From positions 26,288,001-26,352,000 of the forward strand of contig CAIIXF020000001.1 in the NCBI GenBank assembly GCA_903813345.2: a DNA stretch of 64,000 nt, read 5' to 3'. Positions 39,188 to 53,300 of this stretch are shown piece by piece; within the stretch, counting starts at the first letter, position 1, and each line of letters starts with the position of its first letter. The translations under genes and the position numbers were made by a program. This DNA comes from Owenia fusiformis (Eukaryota). The notes beneath the pieces are model-generated. The model saw only the letters and a list, made by a program, of their open reading frames with translations, did not search any database and was not told the DNA's origin.

Positions 39188-41031
39188 GAACACTTTTTCT
39201 CAGCAACTAGAAGAACTTACTTTAACCTACTTACATGGCTAACATAGCCCAGTAATCTTGTTTCTGGGAAATTAAGTCAAATTTTTATCTAGGTCAAAGG
39301 TCAAGAACTAGGTGAAATAACTGATGTTAAGTTTATGGAAAAATGAAATATTTGTCTCTTTTGAAAACCCTTCCTTGTAAACAGGCATTCCTTACAGAAA
39401 GGTGTTCATCAGATAGGTTCTAATGTACATCTTAATTTAATATGTTAGTTTATAGCATGTAATAACTAAAAGTATAGTATTACTATTTTTAACATGATAA
39501 ATAACCCTTTATATGCTTTAAAATGTCATACTGTTAGTCATTTTGTTAAAAATCTTAAAATAGCATTAAGCTTTTTGATTAACATTGATACAGAATTTCA
39601 ATCATGCATTTAAGCATGAAAACTATGACTGGTATTCAGCTGTAACATAGTATGAGCTCTGAGTCCAAGTTCATATAATTTCTTCACAAGATTTTATCAT
39701 AATTTGAATGTTAATACATTTAGAACATGTGCGCCATTCTTAAATACATGATTTCTCAAACTAAAATGCTTTAAAAGTTTTGAACAACAAAGGAACCTGT
39801 CGAGTTTGATTTTTCAAATTATGCTGTTTGAAAAAATAATTGAATTGAGTTAACGTTCATGTATATGTCATTCAATACCCTTTATTAAAGTTGCTTGTTA
39901 TGAATATCAGATTTCAGAAGACAACCACAGTATGTTTGTACATACATATGTACTTTTGTTTCTACTGGCAAATCAGGAAGGGAGGGGGGTATTTTTCAGA
40001 AAGCAAATTTGTAATAAGTTTGTATGTATTCACACTGTATTTGGTGCTAATGCCACATAGGGGAGGGGAGGCTAGAATATAATAATGCAAACCCTACATC
40101 TAAATGTATGTGACCTATAAATGTTCTAACATATCTCACTGATCCTTAATTTGAGAAATTAGGCCATGCATGTAGTTGGGCCTAAAGGACAAGGTGCAAT
40201 TATTGGCAAATATCCCTATAGTCAAAATGAATCATTCGTAGGTGTAACATGAAGAATAAAATGTCATATAATACTTTGGAAAATATTAAAGTGCTCGGAC
40301 ACACATAAGCTGAGATATGGATCATTTCGTTTCGTAAGGTTGTATTGACTTACATGGGGCTGTGTACCATTGACTTAACATGAGGATATCAGCAGATCCC
40401 AATAGAGGCCATTGGTTTCCATTGATTATCACAGAAATACCAAAAATACACTATGACCTGAATCGATTGCAAACTTAATAATTTCACAATACGACTCAAA
40501 CGGTTTATCTCATCAAATGTGCAAATATGAAGTTTGCAATCGATTCAGGTCATACTTAAAATTAAAAGATTGTACATTTTTTCATCATTTTTTCCCCTAC
40601 AAAATGGCTATAGAAAAATGCTCCAAAAGCAACTTTTACACTTATCAAATATCATACAAGTTTGTAAAACCAAAGATTATACTATTATATTTCATTATGT
40701 AGTAACATATTTGGATAAGATGCAGGGATGCGTAGGATGTAAATGGATTTTGACAGACACAAAAATACTTCCTGGTTTGGAATCTATGCCTCTACATTTC
40801 ATGATTGAATTATGACCCTAATAAGTGGCCTATACATCAATACAGTGCTGAATATAGGTCAACAAGATACTAGTGTGCATATAATTGAAGCAGAATACTC
40901 ATTTTGAAGATCAGATGAATTATTTTATTCCCATGGGGAGATCCCAATGGAGGGTGTATAAGGTCCTTTGGGAAAGATGGCTTCAGTATACTCGTATGTA
41001 ATTACAAAAAGGAAACATACTCTCTTATAGT

Positions 41032-43733
41032 TATTATGTCACCACCAAAAGTGGTGACATATTGTTATGGTCTCCGTTTTTTTTGCGACGGCGTCCGGCG
41101 GTTGGTGGTTGGCGGTTGGCGTCCGGCGGTTGGCGTCTGTAACAATTTCTTACAACTTCCTATAACTTAACAAATACTGTTTAGACTAACTTCAATTTTT
41201 TTCTAAATCATCTACATGTTCTCAGAAGTTCAAATCTGACTTTAGATTTGACATTTGACCTTCAATGACCTTCTCAAGGTCAAAAAGGTCTTTTTTCAAC
41301 TTGCTTCACATTGACTAAATTTTTTTCAAAATCATCTACATGTTCTCAGAAATTCAAATCTGACTTTAGATTTGACATTTGACCTTCAAATCTGACTTTA
41401 GATTTGTCATTTGACCTTCAATGACCTTCTCAAGGTCAAAAAAGGTCAAAAAGGTCTGTTTTCAACTTGCTTCAAATTGACTAAATTTTTTTTTCAAAAT
41501 CATCTACGTGTTCTCAGAAATTCAAATTCGACTTAAGATTTGACTTGAGATTTGACATTTGACCTTCAATGACCTTCTCAAGATCAAAAAAGGTCAAAAA
41601 GGTCTGTTTTTAACTTGCTTCAAATTGACTAAAAAAAATTTTCAAAATCATATACGTGTTCTCAGAATCTTAAATCTGACTTTAGATTTGACTTAAGATT
41701 TGACATTTGACCTTCAATGACCTTCTCAAAGTCAAAAAAGGTCAAAAGGGTATTTTTTCAACTTGCTTCAAATTGACTTAATTTTTTTTTCAAAATCATC
41801 TACATGTTCTCAGAATTTCAAATCTGACTTTAGATTTGACATTTGACCTTCAATGACCTTCTCAAGGTCAAAAAAGGTCAAAAAGGTCTGTTTTCAACTT
41901 GCTTCAAATTGACTAAATTTTTTTTTCAAAATCATCTACGTGTTCTCAGAAATTCAAATCTGACTTAAGATTTGACATTTGACCTTCAATGACCTTCTCA
42001 AGGTCAAAAAAGGTCAACAAGGTCTGTTTTCAACTTGCTTCAAATTGACTAAAAAATTTTTCAAAATCATCTACATGTTCTCAGAAATTCAAATCTGACT
42101 TTAGATTTGACTTAAGATTTGACATTTGACCTTCAATGACCTTCTCAAAGTCAAAAAAGGTCAAAAAGGTCTTTTTTCAACTTGCTTCAAATTGACTAAA
42201 TTTTTTTTTCAAAAGGGTATTTTTTCAACTTGCTTCAAATTGACTTAATTTTTTTTTCAAAATCATCTACATGTTCTCAGAATTTCAAATCTGACTTTAG
42301 ATTTGACATTTGACCTTCAATGACCTTCTCAAGGTCAAAAAAGGTCAAAAAGGTCTGTTTTCAACTTGCTTCAAATTGACTAAATTTTTTTTTCAAAATC
42401 ATCTACGTGTTCTCAGAAATTCAAATCTGACTTAAGATTTGACATTTGACCTTCAATGACCTTCTCAAGGTCAAAAAAGGTCAACAAGGTCTGTTTTCAA
42501 CTTGCTTCAAATTGACTAAAAAAATTTTCAAAATCATCTACATGTTCTCAGAAATTCAAATCTGACTTTAGATTTGACTTAAGATTTGACATTTGACCTT
42601 CAATGACCTTCTCAAAGTCAAAAAAGGTCAAAAAGGTCTTTTTTCAACTTGCTTCAAATTGACTAAATTTTTTTTTCAAAATCATCTACATGTTCTCAGA
42701 AATTCAAATCTGACTTTAGATTTGACCTTCAATGACCTTCTCAAGGTCAAAAAAGGTCAAAAAGGTCTTTTTTCAACTTGCTTCAAATTGACTAATTTTT
42801 TTTTTCAAAATCATCTACATGTTCTCAGAAATTCAAATCTGACTTTAGATTTGACATTTGACCTTTAATGACCTTCTCAAGGTCAAAAAGGTCAAAAAGG
42901 TCTGTTTTCAACTTGCTTCAAATTGACTAAAAAAATTTTTCAAAATCATCTACTTGTTCTCAGAAATTCAAATCTGACTTTAGATTTGACATTTGACCTT
43001 CAATGACCTTCTCAAGGTCAAAAAAGGTCAAAAAGGTCTGTTTTCAACTTGCTTCAAATTGACTAATTTTTTTTTTCAAAATCATCTACATGTTCTCAGA
43101 AATTCAAATCTGACTTTAGATTTGACATTTGACCTTTAATGACCTTCTCAAGGTCAAAAAAGGTCAAAAAGGTCTGTTTTCAACTTGCTTCAAATTGACC
43201 AAATTTTTTTTTCAAAATCATCTACATCTTTTCAGAAGTTCAAATTTGACTTTACAAGTTCTCAATGACCTTCTCAAAGTCAAAAAAGGTCAAAAAGGTC
43301 TGTTTTCAACTTGCTTCAAATTGACTAAATTTTTTTTTCAAAATCATCTACATCTTTTCAGAAGTTCAAATTTGACTTTATAAGTTCTCAATGACCTTCT
43401 CAAAGTCAAAAAAGGTCAAAAAGGTCTTTTTTCAACTTGCTTCAAATTGACTAAATTTTTTTTTCAAAATCATCTACGTGTTCTCAGAAATTCAAATCTG
43501 ACTTTAGATTTGACATTTGACCTTCAATGACCTTCTCAAGGTCAAAAAAGGTCAAAAAGGTCTGTTTTCAACTTGCTTCAAATTGACTAATTTTTTTTTC
43601 AAAATCATCTACATCTTTTCAGAAGTTCAAATTTGACTTTACAAGTTCTCAGAAATTCAAATCTGACTTAAGTTTGAACTCATTATATTGTGAGCAACTA
43701 GGTGGTGACATTTTGTCATGTTAATGCCTTGTA
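41032..43733 (+). mobile_element. Helentron/HINE-like element carrying an expanded satellite array
   Basis: Left block ATGTCACCACCAAAAGTGGTGACAT (subTIR+IR) plus GGCGGTT/GGCGTCC microsatellite; central array; right block GGTGGTGACATTTTGTCATGTTAATGCCTTGT. Short relatives at ~12700-12790 (minus), 50710-51125, ~57040-57125, ~62930-63075 and ~63742-63895. Confidence 0.82.
41195..43675. repeat. Tandem satellite, ~135-bp unit, about 18 copies
   Basis: Unit CAAAATCATCTACATGTTCTCAGAAATTCAAATCTGACTTTAGATTTGACATTTGACCTTCAATGACCTTCTCAAGGTCAAAAAAGGTCAAAAAGGTCTGTTTTCAACTTGCTTCAAATTGACTAAATTTTTTTTT. Successive starts at 41791, 41927 and 42062. Confidence 0.95.
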
Positions 43734-44302
43734 TGACTGTTTGTGGCATGCACAGAATTACAGATATCAGAGAACAGATAATGTGATTATCAAACTATTG
43801 TTAATTTTGGTGTCCTTAAAAATGAAATGTAAGAAAAAATTCATGTATTCATATATTCTTTTTAAAAATAACATTATTTAGAAAATAAACTATTGATGTA
43901 CCATGATATTTAAGTATTTAAAAACCATGCTCATGCAAAAACCATAATTTTGAACAAAGTTATGTTACCTGCCTGAGGCAAAATCGAATTTTAGGTGTCA
44001 GAATGTTTGGTTATATTTTTAAACTTTTACTTTTTATCTTTTATTTAAAAGAAATTCTTTTTATGTTTAATGATACAGGTTAAGCATGCCAGGGAATTAT
44101 ATTAAAAATCTTTGAAAGTGCTTCTTATAATAGAGCTACTAATATGTACTATTTAAGGTCACATTCACATTTAATTAGTGGTTTACAAAAGATATATTCA
44201 TATGGTAGAATTTGATCCGTGTATTATTACTCATATATCATTTGTTTATTTGACGATTCTTTACTGTATATTTCATTTTAAAATTTGTACCTGTGCTTTC
44301 AG

Positions 44303-47300
44303 GTGACATAATGTCACATGATTATGGAGGCCTGTCACAAGAGGAGCAGTTACGTCACGCGGCGTTATTCTTCTTCCTCGGACCTTACAATGATCTCCTA
44401 CCAGGTAAACTGTTCTTGCCTTGCATCAATACCCTGTGTCTTCCCCTTTTCGCATCAGGAAGAGATAGGGGGAGGGGGGCATGCAAAAGGGATTTGATGA
44501 ATTAATAGCCACTTTTGATTTCTGGATACGTTGGCATCACAAGAATATTATAATAATATTTTTTTATAGAATGTCAAATCAAGACACATTTTGCACATTA
44601 GTGCTGTAGTTAAAAAAGGATCAAAATGATTGATTAATAATAATAATATTAGACCTCAGGTCCATGCAGGGGGCATTATTAAACAGTAGGTTGTTCCTGC
44701 TATAAAGTATTTGCTGTTCATCCATTGAAATTTGGCATATACTTAATGAAGTGGTATATTTCAATCAATGTGATCTGATAACCATTTAGTGCGTCCCTGT
44801 ATTAAATCTTCCACTAATATTGCTACACTTCATTTCTTCAAGGTTAAGGATAGAGGAGAGGGGGAAAGTAGCTTTAAGAAATATTCTTTTTTTCTAGGTT
44901 TGGTTGCAAGAGACTTCTTGCTTACATCTAATCTGCCTCTACGAATTCTAAGTTTGGTCTGGTAAGTAAAGCATAAGCCCTTATAAAATTTAAGAAGTAT
45001 CAAAATTGATAGTTATATTGCAAGTATTGAAGGTCACTTCATTGTCCACCATTTCCCAACTTTTATCACATCATTTTGGTGGCATGATCAAGGGTGCTTC
45101 TACTCATTTCAAATTGACTGGCCATTTTTTCACACACCTTTTCTTCAGAAAAGGTTGCATTGATATAGCTTTTAGGTATCCAACTTGAAATTCTGTCAGC
45201 CATTTTGAATTTAATTCTTTGATTTTCCCATCATTTTTCATTGAGTCCTAGAGATGATAAATCTTTTGGTTACCATCTGGAATAGAATCAGTCTTTTTGA
45301 ATTTATTTCAAATTTTCTTGTTAGGTGGTATAAAATTTTGGATGTTTTTCAATATTTCAATTCATCATGAAACAGTGCCCACTTTGTGATATGATCTTGT
45401 TCACGTTGTGTCCGTTTTATTACTACACAATATTTCAATTGCCTTAATAAGTATATGATCAAAAAAGATCAATGGATTTTAGATGAAAATTTTAAACCCC
45501 CAGTTGGAAATTGTTAACATTCATCTGTTAAGTTACATATGTTCTTGTCGTTTTACCTGGTAACATCTGTTTTTAATACTGTACTCTATTGAAATTTAAA
45601 GTACATGTACATTTAATTAGGATCACACTTTCTGTCTAGTCATGTAAAGCTAATAGACTCTATTGCATATTACAGTATCACGGGCGTAGCTCCTATTACG
45701 CAAGATACGCACAGGCATACCAAATGAATTTGAAAGCAATCAAAAATGTGTTAAAATGCATTAATTTATTTGCGAATTTATTGATGCTTCCGTATCTGTA
45801 TGTTTACCATTGTCAACAGTTAAAGTTGATAAAAACATTTAGATTCCATCAAATAAGGTCCTTGAAAAAACTTTCTCCCCCTTCTTTGAAAAAATATGCT
45901 CCCCGGACCCCCTGCGATGCGTGGCCTTCACCCATGCAATCAGTCATCCCAGAGTGTGCGTACCAACTCAAAATATAGCCCTACGCCCATGAGTATACAG
46001 TACATATGTGTAAATAGAATGTGGAGTGGGTACACTATTGTCAGACAATTATAGGATGCAATGAACTTACTGTTTCTTTTCAGGGAAGCCTGATCTTGAA
46101 GGATGATTCTGTACTATAACTAGGAAATTAAATCTCATTTCTGTGTGATCAGATTATGTTCTGCTTGATCTTCCAGACATATAATTTCTTCAAAATTGCA
46201 TTGAAAATATTTGTTTTCACATATGGCTTACACCTGAAATAACATACCATGTACTCCTCTCTGAACATGCATGCTCAATAATTCCTTTAAGAAATAAGGA
46301 CCTATGTGCTGCTAATGTGCATTATAGCACATGGGCAATACAATGAGTACAGAAAATCAGATAAATATTACGACATGTTTGACTGTTGTGTGACGAGTTT
46401 TTCATGTCAGCACAAGCAGCTAGCAGATATACAGTGTCTCCTTAAGCTAAGGAAAAACCTTTTAAAAAGTTGTATCTCCGTTTTTTTAAGCCTTCCTTAT
46501 TTGAAGATGTCTTTATTCTGTACTTGTTGTTTCTAGGAACCTGACAGATGTTACAAATGACAACATACTCAGTCTCAGAGAGTTCACTCTTACCGTCCAC
46601 CTCTGTCAGAGGTATCTCCTGGGGCAACAACTACCCAAGTCATTGCCTAGCAACATTGTGCCATGTGACAGGAAGTTACAATACATTCCAAGTATGAGTG
46701 AGGAAGATGTTGCTGTGTATTTCAAAGCATTCCAAATTATAGATAACCAGAATTCTGGTGTCATTGAAGGTAAATTTGAATTATGATTAATTTGGTATAC
46801 TAGTAATATCTAAAAATAACGAGACATACAAACAAGCAAACAAACAAACAAACAAATATATCCTCCTTTGTTTTCCAGCTGCCACTGCCAGGAATCATTT
46901 ACGGTGTAGTGGATTAAGTAAGGAGCACTTGGGTGAAGTTTGGGACATAGCTGATATATACAGAGAAGGGACATTGACTGATCAACACTGGAGTATAGCC
47001 TGCCATATAATTAGATATCTTAAACAAGGTAGGGAATTTTTACAGTTTTGATGTTCTTTTGGTGAATTTTGATGTGAAAATTAATGTGAACTTAGCTACT
47101 TTTTGGCAGAAGATAAAGTTTGGATTTTTTGACAGCACAGTTTGAGAATTCTCTCAATTTTAAAGAGATGTAAACAAGGTCAACCTCTTGTCAAGGACAG
47201 AAAGTTAAGGATGGTGTGCAGTGTATTATGCATGAATTATCCATTCAATTTTATTTTGAACATGATGTCCGTATTTGAAACCGTGCCAACTTGCGATTTT

Positions 47301-50300
47301 ATTTAGGTAATTCAATAGATGGAGCAGTTGATGTGATGTCATTGCTGCCAGAAAAGGAATCCCCCAAACTTTTACATAGGAAACAATGGAGGTAAATGTG
47401 TTTTACAGTGGGGAAGTTATTCCTTGAAAAACATCTTAAAATATTGATTTTCAATGGGAGTCAGGACTTGTATAGATAGCAGTTCACTCATTTTCTCTGC
47501 TGAGTTGTTCTTCACACTTTTCCCATTGCTTTATGTGTACATAATCCCTTGAATCTATGTATTGTAGGTTGATTCATTCATGAATGTCTCGTTTCCAGAT
47601 TCGTAATGTCTTATAAAACAATTAACATGTGTTTAATCTCACTATTCTGTATATTTTCTTAAGATTACAAGAACTGGATTCCAAGAAACAAGATCTCATA
47701 AAATCAAAAGTAAGACCTTTCAAATGATATCTAGAGTTTAGAATAGAAAATGTTTAACAATAATTATTTTAATATAGAATTTCAATACTACTCTAAATAA
47801 AAAGTGTTTATTTATGTAATCATTCATGGGCTTTAAAAGCTCACGATTCATGCTTACAGCACCAGAATGGTGAATATTCTACATGCTTTGATAATACAAA
47901 GCATTTCCTAGTACTGTTCCTTTGTTTGTGTAGGAGTACATTAGAAGTTGTCATGACAAGGAAGAGCAGCGACTTACTTTATTGAAGTCTAGGATAGACA
48001 CCCTCACTCAGCAGGTCAGTCCAAATAAGATTGTTTCAATTCTACTTTTTTATATCAAAATCTACATATAAGTATCGCCATGAGTTAAGAATAACACTCT
48101 GCGAGTAGTTATAATGACCAAAGAATAGTACGATATAGTCATTTCAAAGGCCAATATAGTGGCCCAGGAGGTCCAATATTTCACTATTTTTCTCGCAGAA
48201 ATGATGTTTTAGTATTATTACCACCGTTTATGCCTAAGGCTGAAATAGCAAGAACTAACTACCACCATGGGCTTTCAATGAGCGAAAATTATACGCATTG
48301 AACTATATCTCATTCCTCGGGGAACATTGCCGGGCTGTTAATCCATTATTGGCCTGCCAGTATGACGTCACATATTGCTCAGGTCAATATAGTAAAATAA
48401 ATGCCTTCTACACTAGTACTAATACCCCTAGAACAGGCCCTGCAAGGTGGTAATAATAAGTGAAATCATTTTCATTAGTATCGGGTATTATTGGCACTTT
48501 CTGCTTTACTATATTTCACTATCCTTATGTCCAAGTGACTGTTAATATCTGCTCATTAAAATGACATACCTTGTGTCTTTTATGACTTTACAAGTTTATG
48601 CCCCATTGTACACTAGGAAGAGGATCACAGAGTATTATAAATGAATTTAATCTTACAACACAACTTGAACACTGATTTTCTATCGTGAGATACCACAGCC
48701 TTCTCTCAGTTTCCTTCTAGAACTTGTGCATTGCAGAGATGGTCTGAGTATCAGAATGCTGATTTTCTGTTTAATATTCTGTAATTTACTTCTCCTGGGC
48801 TTCTCTCTTTCTGTTTCAAATCAAAGCTAACCTTGCATCTCATATTTCAGATACGATCTAAGATCTCTTCTAATAATACAATTATACCTGCAGCCTCATA
48901 CTTTAATCATTTGCTGTTTATGCTTAATTACGTTGGACATGTTACAATACTGAAAGATTAGCACCTTTTGATATGGCCCTGTGTATATAAGGGATAATTA
49001 ACTGAAATAAGAACTTATTTAAACAAATATTTTGTGGGAACAAAACTATCAACAATAAAAATGCATGATGTATGTGAATGAATGTATTATAAACATGTTA
49101 TGTACATGAAGTTGTAAATCTACATGTATATTCAGGCCCGTAGCCAGGGGGGGTTCGCAGGGTTCAGGCAAACCCCCCCCTGGCCAAAAATTCTTTCAAA
49201 ATCATGCAGTTTTTCACCATTTTGAGCACTTCTCAAGTGAATTTATTTTTATATTTGGGCCAAAATTGCCAAATGTGAACCCCCCTGGAAAGTTTTGAAA
49301 ACTGACCCCCCCCCCCTGGCTACGGGCCTGATATTAATAAAATATATTGGGACATTATTTGAATTAATATACGGTAAATGATGTACATAACATACCTGTT
49401 CCTTTTCCTGTTCCTGAGTATGTATCTGTTTGGAAATGTATGTTCTGGATTTATATGCCTGACGTAGATGGGTTTGTCTTTATTTGTTTATTTATCATTA
49501 TTCTAAATAAATAAATTCTATATTGCATGTGCATGATATATTTGATAGAAAATATATTTTAAATGATACATATTTGTCATTTATAGGCTGAGATTTTAGA
49601 GGAAGCTAGACTTGATGAGGAATTAAAAGAACTAAATACTTACATTAAAACAGACCTAGACAACTGCCATAGAACGGAGCAAGTCATTGAAAGGTAAAAC
49701 AAAGGGGTGTTCATAAGATAATGATAAGTCAATAATATGGGGGCTGTCCAAAAAGTTTTAAAATTTTTGCTCTAACCATGGTCTAACTTGTGCATGCTTC
49801 AATCTCAGTGAATCAGTGCAATTTGCTAACTGTGCCTCTGACTGATTTACCTGAGCCACCTTCTGTACAACTGTAACCGTAAAGCAGTTTGAACATTTCA
49901 TTAGATTTGCTCTCCCAATCTCCGGGTTTTCTCATTGTCTGACCCAATTTCTTTTTTCTAAATCATACTCATCAAATTTAACATTTCAACTATGAATTTA
50001 AAAGAAATATGAGTAAATGATAATTCAAAAAATCTGACTCAAAAAAACTGAAAGTCAGTACCTGTGGAACATTGTGATTTCAGTTTGAACACAACATACA
50101 TACAACACAGACAAAGCCTGTCCAAGCTGATCATACAAGAGCAGAAGATGAGAAGTGGTCTACAGGACCTGCAGAACACAGCAAATGAATTAAAACTAGT
50201 GAGTACAGAAAGGTTACATTTTCGGGTCATATGGCATTGTCAGGTTTGTTGGAATTATGATTTTGATTTCATTATAATTATTTCTTAGTTGTGTGATTCC

Positions 50301-53300
50301 CTTGTAATATCCAAGTGATTGTCGCCCTATCTATAGCTACAATTCTATTTGCAACTTTACGAGACCAAGATTTGGTGAAACGGTAGCACATAGTATTAAA
50401 GGGGCTTTTATTTCTAAGATAGTATTGACAGCATTTCAATTTGTATGATTTCTTGAAAATGAAAAAGTCCAGCTTTTTACCTATTGACCTTATTTATGTA
50501 TTTTATATATGCTTTGCTAAGTGGTTGCTTTGCTCATATCATACAGATCAAATATAGATAAACAGAAAAAGCTGTAAGGCATCATTTTTATAAACAAATG
50601 GGAAGTGTTAACATGTGTCTTGCTTAGGGAATTCTAAAGATCTATGCTTTCATTTGCTTTTGTATCAAGCCAAGTGTTGTAACCAATGGACCTTTAAAGT
50701 TCATGCTTGATGTCACCACCAAGAAGAGTGGTGACATATTATTTTATCCTTCAACTTTTTGTAACCATCAGTAACAATTGTTACATCTTTGTAACCATTT
50801 GTAATACTTAAGAAGTACTGTCCACATAATGAACACCTTAGAGATGGGACTAGAGTTTTCAGATTTAGGGCATTATCTATTACTATGGCAACAAAATATA
50901 GGGCATGAAACACTTCTTACATTTGTTTAATAAAAACTGTATGTTATGGAGTTATAGTCAGAAATGTCTTAAAAGCCACATATACATCAATTATTGTAGC
51001 CATTTTCAGTTTTAAAGCAATATTGTTGGTTACCATGGCAACAAATTGTTGGACCTACTCTGAGTTTCCACTGTTGAGTACTCTGTGTGATCAGGTGGTG
51101 ACAGTTTGTGATGTAAATGCCTTGTGTCTTTTTGCTTGGAGCATGGCTTTACTTTATTTGTATTTTATGTGTTGTTACTTTATATGGAAACACAATTAAT
51201 TTTTATGTTGTTTCTTGAAGTTTTACAAGGAGAGAGATTTGTGGGCAAGTATTACTGAGGTACTTATATACATATCTGTCTAGATAGTGTGTCTAATGTT
51301 TAACCTCCCCCCATTCTGTTTCTTTTCTTTGTCCCCCAGTGCATCCCTCACCTTTCTCAGTCCTGATACAAGGTCAGTTGAAAGCCTCTTGACTTGTACA
51401 ACTTGAATGATTGAAAAAAAAAATTCCTCAGTGAAATACATAATTTTGTGCTTTCCTGAGCTTGATTTCGATCAATCAATGTAATTTTACAGTCAAATGT
51501 TCAATCTTTTTTCTATATACCCTCTTGGGTGATGTGATAAATGTAATTTAGTGTTGGTTTACCATTTGAAAGCATCATATACTGTGATTGATTGTCATAC
51601 ACTAACCTTCTTCCAACCCTGTTTTGTTTCAAGATTTGAATTGAACTTATCTTGCTACTTTCTTTGTTATTGTACTATTATTTAATGGATTGTATTTTTT
51701 ACCTAACATTTGTATTAAATGTTTGAAAACCTAAAAAACAGTATGAATTGTGTATTTATGATCAAATATATATTTAAAATAAGGGACATTTATCCTACAT
51801 GGTTACTCTGGCTGCATTTGGGTTAAATGCATGTTATTAATTATTGCATGCTTGTTTATGCATGCATTGAACATGTACATGTATTACATCATTCCTCTAT
51901 TGATTGGTATCCTAAATGAGCTTCTCGATGAGTACCAGATCACTGAGCATGACATATCGTAAAAAACTAGATTCATTGTTCATTAGTGCATGTAGGTTGT
52001 TTAGACCTGGTTTTATACCTATCTTTAGATTAGCTTAGCCATATAAAAAAACATTCAATTTATTAAATTTTATAAATTTTATTTTTTGCTATTTTTGCAT
52101 CAATTGCAACCTTTGCTTATATAGCATTAAATAGATATATTTCTGAAAAATATTATGCTTTATACTGGTACAAGTGGGGTATGACCAATAATATTTTCTG
52201 AATGGAAAAATCATATTCAGATGTAAAATTTTGTGCCTTTCCAGAAACAAGGAAAATCTTTGAATAAAAGTAAAGCCTTGAAGGATCCTGACCCCTTCCA
52301 TGAACTACATGAGCTGAGGAAAGGTACGTTTGTTAATCATGCCATGTCAGGGTGAGTCAGAGTACATTAACAATAACCATTGGAGATAAAATCATGGTAC
52401 TTTAACTGTAGAGAGGTAGGTTAAGCTTCATGCCTTTATATGAAACCTAACATTTGATATTCCTATTTTTATCGCACTTTAAAAAGTGCTATATTGCCGT
52501 CGTCTTGTGCTGTTGGGCGGGCGTGCGGGCGGGCGGGACATAAACCAAATCTTGTCATCAAATTTCCAGGATAACTGCTTACCTGTTCAACTTGAAATTT
52601 TTACAGATGCAAGAGCAGACTAGTACCAAGAGCAGACTATTGTCAAGGTCATCAAATTAGGTCACAAACGATGTTATCTAAATTTTCCCAAAGTTTGAGA
52701 CTACAAATAAATTCTTGTCATCAAAATTGCAGGAAAACCGCTAACCTTGTCAACTTGAAATGTTTACAGATGCAAGAGCAGACTAGTGCCAAGGTCTGAT
52801 TAGGTTTTGGCCATGCTGGGTAAATTGCATGGTGGCCAGTTTGCTCTTCAAAGTGCGATATTTATCACTGTGTGTCTTGTTTGTTTTGGCATCAAATAAG
52901 CTTTCCATTTAGATATTGCACAGCTTAAAACTAAAACAATGAATTCAGACAATATCTGAAGTACTAAAAATATGAAGTAACATGCAATAACATTCACCCA
53001 TACACCACAGCATTTTAGAATGTGCAAATGAACAATACACACTTCATCAAACAAACTTATGCTTTAAACACACTGCACCAAATAATTCCATTCACAAATG
53101 TGTGAATAAACCCGTTCTTACAAAATTCAAGTGAGACTAAATCAAGATGATATTGATTGTTTTTGGAACCTTTTTTAAATCTCAGCTTTAGCTTACTCAA
53201 AATTATACGTCATGGGCTGTATTATTCAAGTAATGTTCCAATAATGACTTGTAAAGTGATCGGTGTGAGTTTATATTTTGTGACTTTGTTTTTGACTATG

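Noticed and set aside
41195..43675. Array as a CRISPR locus, or ORFs 42593-42868, 43129-43383, 495-680 and 677-946 as genes
   Set aside because: Units are contiguous with no unique spacers, there are no cas genes and the context is eukaryotic. The ORFs are translations of the satellite.
48213..48460. TTATTACCACC / GGTGGTAATAA inverted ends as a defined transposon
   Set aside because: Probably a repeat, but there is no second copy in the window and no clear TSD, so boundaries and class are unsupported.
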